Source: Welwitschia mirabilis
Taxonomy: Eukaryota
Length of the DNA: 36,409 nt
Direction of reading: 5' to 3'
NCBI GenBank assembly: GCA_051453625.1
Contig: JBOZIK010000001.1
Location: forward strand, 35,928,984 to 35,965,392
Shown: one piece after another, positions 23,880 through 36,409 of the stretch
Layout of the letters: each line of letters starts with the position of its first letter
How positions within the stretch are numbered: the stretch's first letter is position 1
The notes under the pieces: model-generated
Seen by the model: only the letters and a program-made list of their open reading frames with translations
Database searches by the model: none
Told to the model about the DNA's origin: nothing
Position numbers and translations under genes: made by a program

Positions 23880-24160
23880 GGACGTATCAGAGCACAAACA
23901 GAGATAGCGAGCAGACGGTGAACCAAAATCACAACAAACAAGACCAAAACGAAAGCAAGTCACAGCGCTCTCACATCAGAAGCAAGAACGGCGCGTCACA
24001 GAGAGAACGCAGGGACGACCCAACGCCATCACAACGGCGCACAACAGTGAACGACGAACGGCGAGCAGGCAGACCACATCAGAACGCACGCAGGTCAAAC
24101 GCAGAAGGCAAGAACAGCACCGCACAGCAGCGCACGGTAGCAAAAGCACGCCATTAGACA
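23880..24160 (-). other. 5'-UTR-like, CpG-rich, pyrimidine-skewed segment oriented on the minus strand
   Basis: The + strand is strongly A-rich and T-poor, so the minus strand is T-rich like plant leaders. It lies upstream of the CGS fragment in the same orientation. Confidence 0.4.
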
Positions 24161-25617
24161 CCAGGTTCTATTGAAAATTTTCTTTGTATTATCTACAATC
24201 GGTTGTCATTGTAGAAACATTTTTTTCTGGGTTTTATTTTATAGTTTTTAAAATAAAATGTCTCCTTTTAATGTTAGCACATTAAAATAAAAACAGCAAA
24301 ACAATTCCTTATTTTGTACCTAAAATTTTCTTAGAAACTCGAATAGAATTTTCATACTTTACATTTCGGGAATTAAAATAAATACTCCTTTAAAAGATTT
24401 AGAGATATAGAGAATTTTAGATTTTTTTTTAAAGTAAAGTAATTAAAAAAAAATTTTCTTTTATCCTATTGTTATCGCATTCTCTCCCCTAGATTTTATT
24501 TTATATATAACCTTTCAAAGACCCTAACGTTGCGTCTTAGAAGGACTTTTGAACATATCTTGGTAATTTAATTCAAAGAGATTTGATTTTCAAAGTTAGT
24601 CTTTATTTTTCCAAGAGTATTTATAAATACCAGGAATTAAATTTTAATTCATCTTTTATCTTAACTCAATTGTATGCGTCTTAAATCCACATTAAATTTT
24701 GAAGAATTTTGAAATTCCCAAAAATGTCATCCATCTTAGTTAGAAGTGAATTGTATTAATGTATTAGTCAATGCTAATATTCATGTCAAGGGCTTAATAT
24801 TAAACAACATATAACATTGCATAAAAAATTGTCGTAATAATCATATGTGTGCCTTACAGTTTTATGAAATTTCTCAGTTGATACATTGAGCATTGTATAG
24901 TGAATATCTTCATTGAAAAATACTTTGCGATGAAATATGAAAATTTTAGTACATATTCTTTATAATTTTCTTGAGGAGCCTTATTGAGAAACTTGAATCT
25001 TTAGTTATGTAAATTACCTCGAAAATGCATTGAATGATAATTTGTGAATATAATTTACTTGAATTATTTTTGGTGGATAGGTATGAATTGGTAATTTATT
25101 TTCATGCATTAGTTGTAAATTTTTTTTGGAGATTAATAATTTATTTGTGAATATAAGATATTGGTAATATGCCTTAAATTTAATATTAATATCCATTTAT
25201 TAATAATGGAAATCTCAAGAAAAGGCCATGTGTTTCCCTCCTCCTCTTAAAATTTTTTAAAAACTAAGGCTTGATAAAGGGCATTAATAATTGTTTAAAT
25301 ACTATAAAATTTATATTTGTGAAGGGAATTAGTCAAAGGTCTAAACTTGGAAAATTTTAATAAAATTTAAATGGTTTGATGCACACAGTGTGACTTGAGC
25401 CACTGACCACTCGAATTACATTAACAGTGTTACAATTATATCATCAATTAATTAATGGTAATAAACTCATATGTTGAGCTGTGTTGCATAGATTTGATCA
25501 GCAGACCATGCACATGAAATGGGAACCGTTTAGCATTGTCAGACAAGGTGGTAATGTTTTTGGATAATTATAATTGAACGTATGCTTGGCTGAAGATTGA
25601 ACTAACATTCGAAAATG

Positions 25618-26218
25618 TTAGACAAGCTGGGCTGAACTGCATCCTGCGTGGAGGGAGGCCGACGCGTTCTTAAACGGATGCGTTATGAAATGGATTGCAT
25701 CCCCTTGCCTGCTCAGCCTGTCTCCTGCTGAATCCTGCCGCTGCTTGTTAGTTGAGGAAACCACACTGCTGGCTGGCTGCCTTGTCTGCAATCCAATGGC
25801 ACCTCTGGTGACCTCCCAAGGCCTGACCCGGCTCAAAAACCTTGAGGCATATCGAGCACTGATGGCCTAATTTGGTGCCCTCATTCTTGTCCTTTTTCTG
25901 GCTCTCATATCATCTCCATAGTCGTTGCCTTCATCATCATAATAATGAGATTCATAGTTTCCATGATTGAGCTTGCCAGAAAGCATGAGCAGCAAATTTG
26001 CAGTAGCTCTGTCATCGCCGACCATGGCGTTGGCCTCGGATGGGTGACCGAATTTCCGCTTTCTGCGATTTTTCAAGCTTCGGTTTCGAGTCACAGACCA
26101 GTTGTCAAAGAGAGGGCTCTTGGGCCTGGCCTCAACAGTGGCAATCAAGGGCACATGCCCGTTTCCAGTTGCAGTTGCAGCAGCAGTAGAGTCGGCTTTC
26201 GAGACGATGAAGGAGGAT
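25618..26218 (-). pseudogene. Q-type C2H2 zinc-finger (ZAT-like) gene, 3' part, frameshifted
   Basis: [24 protein letters not shown] at 25864-25793. Upstream L-box-like DDRATANLLLMLSG and basic RRKRK are in another frame. Frameshifts near 25895 and at a 4-bp GGCT duplication (25771-25778). No DLN EAR motif seen. 5' part lost in the N gap. Confidence 0.85.
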
Positions 26219-26318
26219 NNNNNNNNNNNNNNNNNNNNNNNNNNNNNNNNNNNNNNNNNNNNNNNNNNNNNNNNNNNNNNNNNNNNNNNNNNNNNNNNNN
26301 NNNNNNNNNNNNNNNNNN

Positions 26319-26922
26319 TATCGATTATCGAAATATGGAGCTGGATCTTGTTGAAAAGAAGTGCACTTGGGCTGTAGCACACCCTGGTACGCTCCTATAT
26401 TTTAACCAAAGGCAATCTGAATCTCTCTTCTTGAGAAATATCACTTTATTGCATCCTCATAGTCTTGTCCTCAATGCAGAAGGGAATGGTGATGATAAAT
26501 CTTTGACAGAAAAAGCGCTTGCCCAGAATCTATCAAGGTCCCATGACGTTTTTGAAGAAATTTCAAATAGAAAAAGGATAATAAAAAAGAGGAAAGCACA
26601 TCTTCGACTTCGCAGTAGTTCACCCAAGAATCAGGTATATGTTTTCATGGCAAGTGATGTCTCCTGCTAGTAATACACAGCTAAAAGTGTCTCAACTAAA
26701 CCTTGCATCTGACATAGGCTTTATATGTGGAAATTATTTCACCGTTTATCGAGGAAACAGAGTGCGAGAGAGGCAAGAGTTCCCAATTCCATCTGCGGAG
26801 TTGATTCCTCACATGGCTGTTTGCTGGATTCGAACAATTCTATCGATTGCTTTCATGAAACCAATGGAACTCATTTAGCAACTGCCAAGGGTAACAGACT
26901 CTCAGTGAAAGGTTTGTGGTAA
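26319..26922 (+). pseudogene. COR27: Intron-containing 3' part of the COR27/28-like gene (exons ..26386, 26480-26634, probably 26761-26922)
   Basis: Matches 23332-23431 with 2 mismatches but has a GT..CAG intron at 26387-26479. Continues EKALAQNL...SSSPKNQ to a donor GTATAT at 26635. A possible last exon SAREARVPN...KGLW* has a weak acceptor. Confidence 0.65.
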
Positions 26923-27424
26923 TTGGCCGTTGTGAAGAATTTCTGTACTAATTGTCAACAAGCTGTGAGGCAGTAAAGGTTCATAATGAATCAAATTCAA
27001 AGGCAAGATTGTTCAAATTACAGGACGTTGTTACTTCTTTACTCGGCCGCGGAAGGAGGGTTCCTTCCAATACCTCTCGCGCACTGTAAATCGCCGTGTT
27101 TTCTTTTTTATTTTTGCTTTTAGCAATGAAATCCATGTAGTATATCCCTTCTATCAGCATTACGCATCAGCAACTGAACGTGAGTCAATAGTTTTTCACA
27201 CTGGGTTTACTTTGAATGCATTCTCATGGTTGCTTCTTCCTTTCAATTGTTGTTATTTATTGGAACTCTGAGTGATAATGTATGCTTCCCAATTATGTGT
27301 GGATGTGATCCCTTGAGTTTCTAGTTTTAGGAATTGCCATTTTCAGATGTCTACAGGTTACTTACTGTTGTTTTGTCAATTGCTTCTACCAATAATGAGT
27401 TCCATGCAGTACGTTTATAAACAG

Positions 27425-27533
27425 CTTTTACAGCTATCAAATTCCATACTTATGTTTAGAAAGAACTTTTGCAGCTATCAAATTCCATACGTTATGTTCA
27501 GAAATAACTTTTGCAACTATCAAATTTTACATA
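27425..27533. repeat. 41-42 bp tandem repeat, ~2.6 copies
   Basis: CTTTT(A/G)CA(G/A)CTATCAAATT... at 27425, 27466 and 27508. Confidence 0.85.
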
Positions 27534-27672
27534 AGTGGGAAGTAACAGGTGTGATCTTTTTTCAACTAAATGTTTCTACCCTCTTATATTTTTCTAACGC
27601 AAGGCCAGCAATGGAAATGTATAAAAACGATCTCATGCATGAAAGAACACTGAACCGGTGGGAAAAAAGAAC

Positions 27673-28104
27673 TGTCTAGAAAAGGGAATTAGAAGAAATA
27701 AGAACACAACATGATTTTATTATGGTTTAGCCCCTCTCTTGACCTCTATGACCCAGGTTCTTGTTATACAAGCAACAAATTAAAATGAAAAACAACATAG
27801 CAACATGTTTTCTCTCAAATATTAATCAAAGCTTGTCTCGAAATCAAAGGTCTTACTTTTTTACGCCTCTAGAATTGACCCACCAAATTAAAGTTTATGA
27901 AATGCCATAGATGTTAATAAATGCTGAAGATCACCTTTATTAATAGATGCTAAAAACACCAAATATCACGAAATTAACTCTCAATCAAATGGAAGTTAAT
28001 CACAATCCATTGAAATCCTGACAAATATCACCATTATATTCCAAACACATCTTGCAAGGGCAAGTATCTCTTATTAAAAGGATGCCCTTGTGTCATTCCT
28101 CCTG
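27673..28104 (-). mobile_element. Probable 3' LTR (27673-28095) with polypurine tract
   Basis: TG...CA termini at 27673 and 28095. Minus strand CAGGAGGAA directly precedes TGACAC. Marks the abrupt end of the genic island. Confidence 0.4.
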
Positions 28105-28949
28105 ACGTGGAAAGAAAAGTATAATTCTAAATCAAATTTTGGGATTTCATCTTCCATAAAAATTAACTCCTATTTTGTAATACACCTCTCTTGGACGTTA
28201 TATCCATTATAAAATTTAGCAAGAAACTCAAAATACTAATCTCTTTGAGTCTTTATTTCCCTAATGTTAAGCACATCAACCAAATTTCCTTATTATCTCT
28301 TATCTACTATAAACATAATATTTAAAATATTTCCATGATATGGGACAGATCCACAACAATTAAAAAACAAAGAATTGTCACCCTTAAATCTTTGATACTC
28401 TCCTGCTATCTGCATTAGCTGAAATCTTTTTGGTTATCTCCAATAGACCAACTTTTGTATGTTTCAATTCTAAATAAACCTGTTTTGGGGCTCTCTGGTT
28501 TACCGTGGCTAAATTAAAAGGATGCCCTTATGTCATTCCTTCCAACTTGGAAAGAAAATTGTTTGTTCTAAATCAAAATTTGGGATTTCGTTCTCCAAAA
28601 AAATAAACTCCTATTTTGTAATACACCTCTTATGGACGTTATCTTCATTATAAAATTTAACAAAAAAACTCACAATCCTAATCTCTTTGAGTCTTTGTTT
28701 CCCTGACATTAAGCACATCAACACAATATCCTCATTATCTGTTATCTACTATAACTATAATATCTCAAATACCTCCATGATATAAGGATAGATCTATAAT
28801 AATTATTAAAAAAAAATGGTCATCCTTAAATCTTTGATACTCTCACACCATGTGCATTAGTTGAAATCTCTTTAGTTATCTTTAATAGACTGACTTTTAA
28901 ATGTTTCAATTTTAAATAAACCTATTTTGGAGCTCTCTTATTTACCATG
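28073..28949 (-). repeat. 440-bp tandem duplication of a retrotransposon 3' end (PPT and LTR start duplicated)
   Basis: ATTAAAAGGATGCCCTT.TGTCATTCCT starts at 28073 and 28513, and the copies are collinear throughout. Minus-strand FQVGRND resembles the FQEGGND end of CRM-type Gypsy pol. Confidence 0.8.
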
Positions 28950-29833
28950 CCACATTACCAATATGAAATTTCTTACTTTACCTCTTGTCACTTATGCTAC
29001 TTTATATGTTTCATTGCTTTTCTTGCTGCTTAGCAACAATGCAAATCTATTATCTAACATGTATAATCATTTGCCAATGATGAAGGCTTCCCAACTTTAC
29101 AACAATATCATGTGTATGTGGTACAAAAACATAACATGTTTCAAATGGAGAATTCTTATGATTTTATTAACTACATTATTGTAAGCACACTTGGTATGCA
29201 CTAATTTCTTATTCCATTGTTTAGGATCTCCATCACATTAAAAACCAAATAAGCTTCCCAAGCTATAATATACAACCTATGCCCACTCATCTTNNNNNNN
29301 NNNNNNNNNNNNNNNNNNNNNNNNNNNNNNNNNNNNNNNNNNNNNNNNNNNNNNNNNNNNNNNNNNNNNNNNNNNNNNNNNNNNNNNNNNNNNNNNNNNN
29401 NNNNNNNNNNNNNNNNNNNNNNNNNNNNNNNNNNNNNNNNNNNNNNNNNNNNNNNNNNNNNNNNNNNNNNNNNNNNNNNNNNNNNNNNNNNNNNNNNNNN
29501 NNNNNNNNNNNNNNNNNNNNNNNNNNNNNNNNNNNNNNNNNNNNNNNNNNNNNNNNNNNNNNNNNNNNNNNNNNNNNNNNNNNNNNNNNNNTTGACAAAA
29601 TATACAAAGTTGCATGCAGAATCATCTTTTTCTCTTTGACAAACATAAGTTTTTTTCCTCTCTCTCTCTCTTTTTTTTTTGTTTTTAAAATTTTCATATC
29701 CCTTTCCATGTGAGGCCAATAATAATGTCTTTGTAGTAATTCATAAGTTTTTTTATTAGAGCCACGGTGCCCTCTTCAATCTCCCTAATGTTACTTCTAG
29801 ACAAGATTTAACTACAAGAGTCCACCTTGAACC

Positions 29834-30045
29834 AAACAACTATCATGTACCTAATAATTCATAGCCAGAAGATACTTAATGGCTTATGATATCAACCCAA
29901 AATCAATATTGTCTTTATGGGCATCTTTTAAATTATCAAAAAACAATTGTCATGTACCTAATAATTCATAGCTAGAAGATACTTAACGTCTTATCAAATC
30001 AACCCCAAATCATCTTCATGTGTATCTTGTAAGTTATCAAAAATA
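29834..30045. repeat. 107-bp tandem duplication
   Basis: TCATGTACCTAATAATTCATAGC.AGAAGATACTTAA at 29843 and 29950. Confidence 0.85.
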
Positions 30046-30672
30046 AATTTATGTTGTTGGCTTTCCCAATTTTACTAACAATGTTTATCACATATCCAAG
30101 GTCTTGCTCATGATATTTATCACATATCCAAGATCTTTCTAGTGAAATATGCAATTCATCCATGAGAAGAACATCACAAATAGCATACTCAAAATAATCG
30201 CATATTTTGATATAAACCCAATATTGTCTTTTACTTGTAACATACTAACCTTCTTATCATCATGAAAGAGTATAATGGTTTAGATACAAAAATGTCTTAA
30301 AATTTAACCTAACAACCGTAAATTACAAAATCAAATTATTAATGCTACCACTAATCATTAATAATATCAAATATCTTGTCTTTGCCATCTAAATTTTTAG
30401 CTATAGTCTAAAACAACCTATTTCACTACATACTATCCTATTTGTATGAGTTTTAGAGTAAATAATGGTAAACAATTTAATTTGAAGTACCTTCATCATT
30501 ATGTGATGAGAATTACCTTGGTCTCCTTAACCATCTCAATTATTTTGCGAAGATCTATGTTCTTCCTATTCTTGAAACCTGTGTTAGAAAAGTTGCTTCT
30601 CTTACCATGTCTTCACTAAAAATTTATGGCCTTTACCTAGATAATTTCTTCTCTACTCATAACACTAAGGCT

Positions 30673-30985
30673 TTGAGAATGAACATCACCATTTCATTCT
30701 ACATTATTCATTGTAAACCCTAGATAAATTTATAATGTCTTCCTTATTTATACTTAACATACCTATTTTAGCATTAGATTGTAAAAATTCATTCATATAA
30801 TCTTATATTGCTCCTTTTTATTTTTTTCAAACAGGACTTGAGAATGAACATCATCATTTTATTCTACATTGTTCATTGTAAAGCTTAGATAAAATTCACA
30901 GTATCTTCCTTCTTCATACTTGAAATACCTATTTCAGGATTACATTACAGAAATTCATTTATATAATATTATATTGATCCTTGCT
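30673..30985. repeat. 165-bp-period tandem duplication within decayed TE sequence
   Basis: TTGAGAATGAACATCA.CATTT.ATTCTACATT at 30673 and 30838. Confidence 0.85.
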
Positions 30986-31942
30986 ATTGCTTCAAACCAT
31001 GTGGCTTCTAAATCACATCCAGTTTGTATGAAGGCAATAAAAGCTTCTTCACCAACTTCTTTCTTATTATATACCATAAGGATATGGGACAAAACCCTTA
31101 CATGGCTCTATTAGGTGTCTCCTTTTGACATCAAATAGCATTCATCCTTTCCAACTAAAGAGGCAATGTTAATTGTTTTTTTTTTTTTTTTGAATCTTCC
31201 TCATTTAGAAATATTTCTTTAATAATTTCTACTAATCTTGAAACTACTTGAGATCCAAGCCTCCTCAATGAATTAGAACATTAAATCTTTGTTTTCTTAA
31301 GGCCTCTCGCATGCATTAAAAAAACTCATCCTTGTTTAGATCTCCATTGCTATTCATTAAATTACGCAAGATTTCTTGTTGCCATATTCTTAAAAACCTA
31401 TTTTGAAGACCTTTTCTTCTTTATCTTGCTTGCTTAAATCATCTTATGAAACCTCATTACTAGGTATTTCATAAAACTATTTTGTTTCTTCAATCTCTTG
31501 TATAAGAATGTATCATTATTTTGTTAATATCAAAATTGACAATTTTTAAGATCATGTCCTTGAGTTTGATATAATTTGTAGAAAACAAGTGAATGGTTTA
31601 AAATGTTGAGCTGTTCTACTTTGATCATAACTAAGTCTAATTTCTTATTTTGATTATATTGGTTTTGACTACTTTTAATTAAGTTAGCAAAATTGATTTG
31701 ATTTCTATTTTGTTCATAATTATTTTTCCTTTAATCTCTTGGTTAATTCAAATAACAGATTCTTAAGTTGTTTGACTGCTATATTAACAGTGAATTTGAA
31801 AAGTTATCCTCTTGTTAAATTTTTCATAAGGTTTCCTATTTTAAGATTGAAACCATATGAAAAGAATGAAAGCCATCAATAATTTTTAAAACCATGAGTT
31901 GGATTTTTAACCTTAATCTTTTAAATCATTCATGGGTTTGAT

Positions 31943-31963
31943 TATATATATATATATATATAT
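31943..31963. repeat. (TA)n microsatellite
   Basis: About 10 TA units. A similar imperfect tract flanks the gap at 15261-15281. Confidence 0.9.
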
Positions 31964-32089
31964 CTTATGATTCTTGTTTAAGTCCTAAAATTAATTTGAG
32001 TATTTGATTAATTTTATATGCTTGATGAGATTTTTGTATAAATCCTTTTTTAGTTTATTATAATACAATTTTTTTACTTATCCTTAATT

Positions 32090-32236
32090 ATCTGAATCAT
32101 ATTTTACTTTGATCTTTTAGTAAGAGAGGAAAACAACTATTTTAGCAGCATTAAAGTTTGGGTAACGAGCAAAAGCACTAATCATCTCAAACTCTTTCAT
32201 GAATTCATAGGGATCCTCCTTAGCTAACCCATAAAG
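32090..32236 (-). mobile_element. Decayed Gypsy (Athila/Tat-like) gag fragment
   Basis: LYGLAKEDPYEFMKEFEMI followed by FPLLLKDQSKI*F, matching the F-x-G-L-x-x-E-D-P...F-P-F-S-L-x-D-x-A-x-x-W gag pattern. Confidence 0.65.
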
Positions 32237-34529
32237 TCAAGAAAAACATTGGGGGTTGTTAATTTACATATGACATTAATATTAAAAGATATAGATGTTT
32301 CAACTGCTTAGGAATCTAAGTACTTTGTAAAAGCTTTCTTATGCTTATAAAAAGGTATGTTAAAAAAATCATCATAATTATTACTATGTTGGTTACTAAA
32401 CATGGTTCTTAATGATGTAAAAGCAAACAAACAAGAAAATTCTTCAATAAGGATTTTAAACCTTTCTTCAAGTGGAGATGAAAAGTCATGATTTATGATA
32501 GTTAGAGATCCCTTTGACTTTTGAAGATTTCATGTGAAGAGTTTAAGGAGAAGATATATGAAGATTTACATGAGACTCTTTCAATTGAGAAGAAATTAAA
32601 GTTCTAGAAGCATGCTTAAGTGAATGTCAAGAGTAAGATGGAGAATCTTCTAGTTGCTTAACATATTTAGATGTTTGAGCACTAGATTTAATCATAAAAT
32701 TCTATGAACATCCTAAACATTTACATAGACGTAAAGAAGAAATAAGATTTAAGTTAAAGCATTTGCATCTAGGGAGTTCACAAGAGATTTAAGCAAGTTT
32801 CAATCTACTCTTTAGAGTCAAGACTATTGAATCCTTGTCAAAAACCATAAAAGTTTATCATTGGCAATTAACAAGCATTAATTTATGCATTTAGTCCTCA
32901 ATAATAGAGTAAAAAACTACTTGTAATCTATTTTTTGGTATGTTTAAATAGAAAATCATATGAAAGACTTTAAAACTCATATACTATAGATATAAATGTA
33001 GATATACTTATCAATTTGACAAAAATCTTTTAAACAATTATGAATAGTGGTATATACATGAGTAGCAAATTGTCAAGACTAAGTACATGCTATAAAATAA
33101 AAGTCATTTCATGAATAATATCACTTTTAATATTACAAAATAATTTCCTTTTTAACTAACATAAACAAGCATTGTGATAAGGAGAAAGAATAAAAGAATT
33201 TTATCTATAAAAAATATATTTACAAATGCACTTGGTTAAAACTCATTAAGAACATCATAGTAGAGAGTGAATCACATAAGTATGAATAGGACTACACATC
33301 AAAAATTATTTACAAAACCTTTAAGATATTTCACAATACTTAAACACTCAAAATAATTCATAAAGACCCTTAAATACAAGATTTATCCAAATAGGCTTGG
33401 ACAAACTAATAAGTCAAAATTATGAATTTTAATTTCTCCCATATGAAATGGTATGACAATTCTGCAAAATTTGAATTCTTAATATAAAGTAGATGTTAAA
33501 TATGATTTATTATATTACAAACAGTGGATACAAATTAAGGAAATCCTCTAACCTAACCGCATGTTCTAAAATGAACCAGAAACATATTATAGTTTTGTAA
33601 ACATTAACTTACAATTCATTAAAATACAAGATATAAACTTAAGCATTTAATCATAAAACTAGGTAATAATCAACAAATTATTTAAAGATATAGCTATTAG
33701 GTTTAATAAGTGTAAAATCAATCCAAAAAATTTCATTTTAAAGTATTCTATTTAGATACATGTATTTAGTATATAATTAAAAAAAAGAGAGATGAAAAGG
33801 AAGATAGAAAGTATGAAATATATTGGCATCATTGAAGTTATGAAAACATGATAAATAGTTTTAACATATAATATTTTACAAATTGAATTTAAAAAAAATA
33901 CTACTCAACTGAATGGAGAGAAAACACATATAGTGATACACACAAAAGCAATAACAAGAGGTCTATTTTAGCCTTGAATATTAAGAAATGGATAGACATC
34001 CACGAAAAGATGGTTATATATTATGAAAATGAACATAAATAAATAAAACATAAAGTACTTACTTACAAAAAATACTCTAATTTGATCAGGTTATGAGGCC
34101 TCAAATATTCTATTTTAATGAAGACTACAAGTAAGAAAATTGTCTAAGTAAACTGTAAAATCAAGAAGGATGTCAAATATTAAATTTTTAATGAGAAACT
34201 TGGAAACTAACTTTCTAACACAAAGTTTTTATAAGTTAAAGACTTTTCAAAAATGTTATATTTTATAGGGAGTCTCCAATGAATTTTCTACTATTACCAC
34301 TAAACATACATGCTTTGGAAATAATAATTGTTCATGAAAATTGCTAAAATGACTAATTAAAAAAATATGAACATCTTCAAAGAAAAAAATAAAAGGAAAA
34401 AAATATTGGAAATGTAAAGTTAAATGAGTTGAGAAGAAAAATGTACGGGCTTTGTACTTAATGTAGTAGCATTTTCAGAAGAAATAATGGCAGATTTTGG
34501 CAGAACATGGATTAAAGNNNNNNNNNNAT

Positions 34530-34760
34530 AACATATCTAATAATTTCAAATATTTATACCAAGTTTTCTCTAATCTTAATTTAAATAATTTAATATAAGT
34601 TAAAATTTCATGAAAAACTATCAAATCCTAACATCTTCTCCTGATTTAGTGTTAAAAACTTAATAGATAGTATAAAATTTTTATAAAATGGTAAAAATTG
34701 TGATAAAAAATTGAAAACATTGAAATCAACATAAATATAAGGGATGTGAATTATTATCTA
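34530..34760. repeat. Dispersed decayed repeat, homologous to 20555-20795
   Basis: Collinear shared motifs as listed for 20555-20795. Confidence 0.55.
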
Positions 34761-36409
34761 ATTCATAAGAACACCCCTCCTAAATTGAGTGAAAGAGCAT
34801 AAAATAGACCCATGATAAACCTTGATGAGCCCTTTCCTTATGGAAGTGTAGTTGCAAGTGGAGAGGAATATGGAAAATAATAAGAAAAATTTTGAAAATA
34901 CTACAATAATGCTAAAAAATGGCTGAAATTCTCTAGAATTACTTCAAAACTAAAGAAAATGATGGAAATTTGATCAAATTTGAATATAAAAATGGATTCA
35001 ATGTATGTATACATATTCAAGGAGGTTTGGGCTCTTTCATTGAGTCCAAGAAGGAGCTGTGAGATTGAGAAATACTAGGAAGAGTTGAAAGCCATTTATT
35101 TTTGCACATTTTTAACACATTTTAGAAAGAGCATCTAAAGAGAAATACTACTCACATATTATTTATTTAAAATTTGAGACTTAATCTTATAATAATGTAA
35201 TTCATTCTCCCACATTAATTTAACACCTTTTTCAACAAAATACATTAACCATAACAATTATCATATCTAATCTATCTGTTTTACTATGATTTCAATTAGC
35301 TATATAACTAATTGATTCAATGAGACGTTAATAATTATAATAAGAGTCTAATTTGTAACCTGGGAGTGAATTCAAATGTAGCCAAGTTAAAGGTTTTTAG
35401 GTAGTAAGTTAAATGGTATGTTGTTAACTGAATTTTAGCTATAAAATAATGTTAATGAAAAAGTTATTTATTATGTACACCTTAATTTGTTAAAGGAATT
35501 AACTTACAAAAAGTAGGTTTGATTCAAATGATATGATTCTTGTTAGAAAAGAGATGACCTGTAATTTACTTCATTTAGTCGACAAGATAAGGAATTTTTT
35601 GTTGAGATGTAGGATAAAACAATATTCTTGAAGCCATTCACAAACCTAGTTTGATGAGAGAACATTTGTAGAGAGAAGGCCTTCAAGACTCACTACCTCT
35701 CTAAACCATCAACCTAGGTCATTAGCCATGTTGTGGGTCATGTTATGATTGAATATTTTTGTTAATGATGATTTAACAAGTATGATAACTTATTTACAAC
35801 AATGTTGCTTTTTTATTTGTTAATTTTTTTGTCTCTTTTAATTCAATGTTTTCAGATGAGAATAACTCCTTCATTTGTTACTTTAGTAATGGCATATTGT
35901 TACAACAATGCCAGAAGGAAAAAATTATTATCACAAAATGTATTTGATAAGGTGAATTTGTGTCAATATCATTAAATCATTACTAGATCTTATCAAAAGC
36001 CAAATAAGCATTGAAATGTTTATTTATCCTAATGAATAATTATGAGCTTTGAAGTTTCTTTGTAACCCTTATGGAAGAATGGTAATTAGGATTTTTGGGA
36101 CTACAACTGATAACTATATTTTTTTATTTTAGGATTGCTATCCTTTGTCTCAAGAATGCTAACGCATAAGAAGTCATACACTGTGGTTCTATCCTCTAGG
36201 TTAGAATAGTGTGGTTTGATGTAGGTATTTGATCTTTCTTTGTCTTATCTAATGCCATTGTGACCAACTCATAACCCTATAATATGAATCCAAATGTAAT
36301 ACTAAAGAGTCCATAAAACATAGCAATGGATACAAACAAGTACCAAGCATGACGAATGGATGAAAATCAGTATGAAACCTACCAAAAAAAATATAACATC
36401 GAGAAGCAT

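Noticed and set aside
23789-24157. 122-aa plus-strand Q/R/N-rich ORF
   Set aside because: Open because the strand is T-poor (antisense of a UTR-like segment). No ATG start and no homology recognised.
25945-26670. 241-aa ORF, and other ORFs spanning N runs (6544-7062, 29201-29719 etc.)
   Set aside because: Artefacts of reading through assembly gaps. This one joins antisense zinc-finger sequence to COR27-like exons through a stop-free 93-bp intron.
27051-27068. GGAAGGA/TCCTTCC hairpin as a Helitron 3' end explaining the gene-fragment mosaic
   Set aside because: No CTRR at the expected distance. The CTAG at ~27676 has only a weak hairpin, is followed by A not T, and overlaps a probable LTR end.
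27347-27679. 110-aa ORF downstream of the COR27-like 3' part
   Set aside because: Intron- or UTR-like composition, runs through a 41-42 bp tandem repeat, and has no recognisable motif.

Overview
AT-rich, CpG-depleted land-plant nuclear DNA with several N gaps. A bryophyte such as Physcomitrium is my guess from composition and repeat style, not something proven here. Most of the window is heavily decayed LTR-retrotransposon debris. Two islands stand out. (1) About 2.7-6.5 kb: palindromic minisatellite arrays lead into a ~140-bp module present twice, 2353 bp apart. On the + strand the module holds a U-rich internal-loop stem-loop resembling an ENE triple-helix element, directly followed by a minimal type I hammerhead ribozyme (CUGAUGA...GAAA-GCGC-UC). 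A short telomeric tract and decayed antisense ORF-like sequence lie nearby. Together these suggest a Penelope-like or retrozyme-like element. (2) About 21.4-27 kb: a COR27/COR28-like gene with an evening-element-rich promoter. It has a frameshift and a stop, and is interrupted by antisense fragments of other genes (cystathionine gamma-synthase, a QALGGH C2H2 zinc-finger gene). One 100-bp piece of the gene is present twice, once without and once with a 93-bp intron. I found no certainly intact protein-coding gene, and no rRNA, tRNA or CRISPR array.
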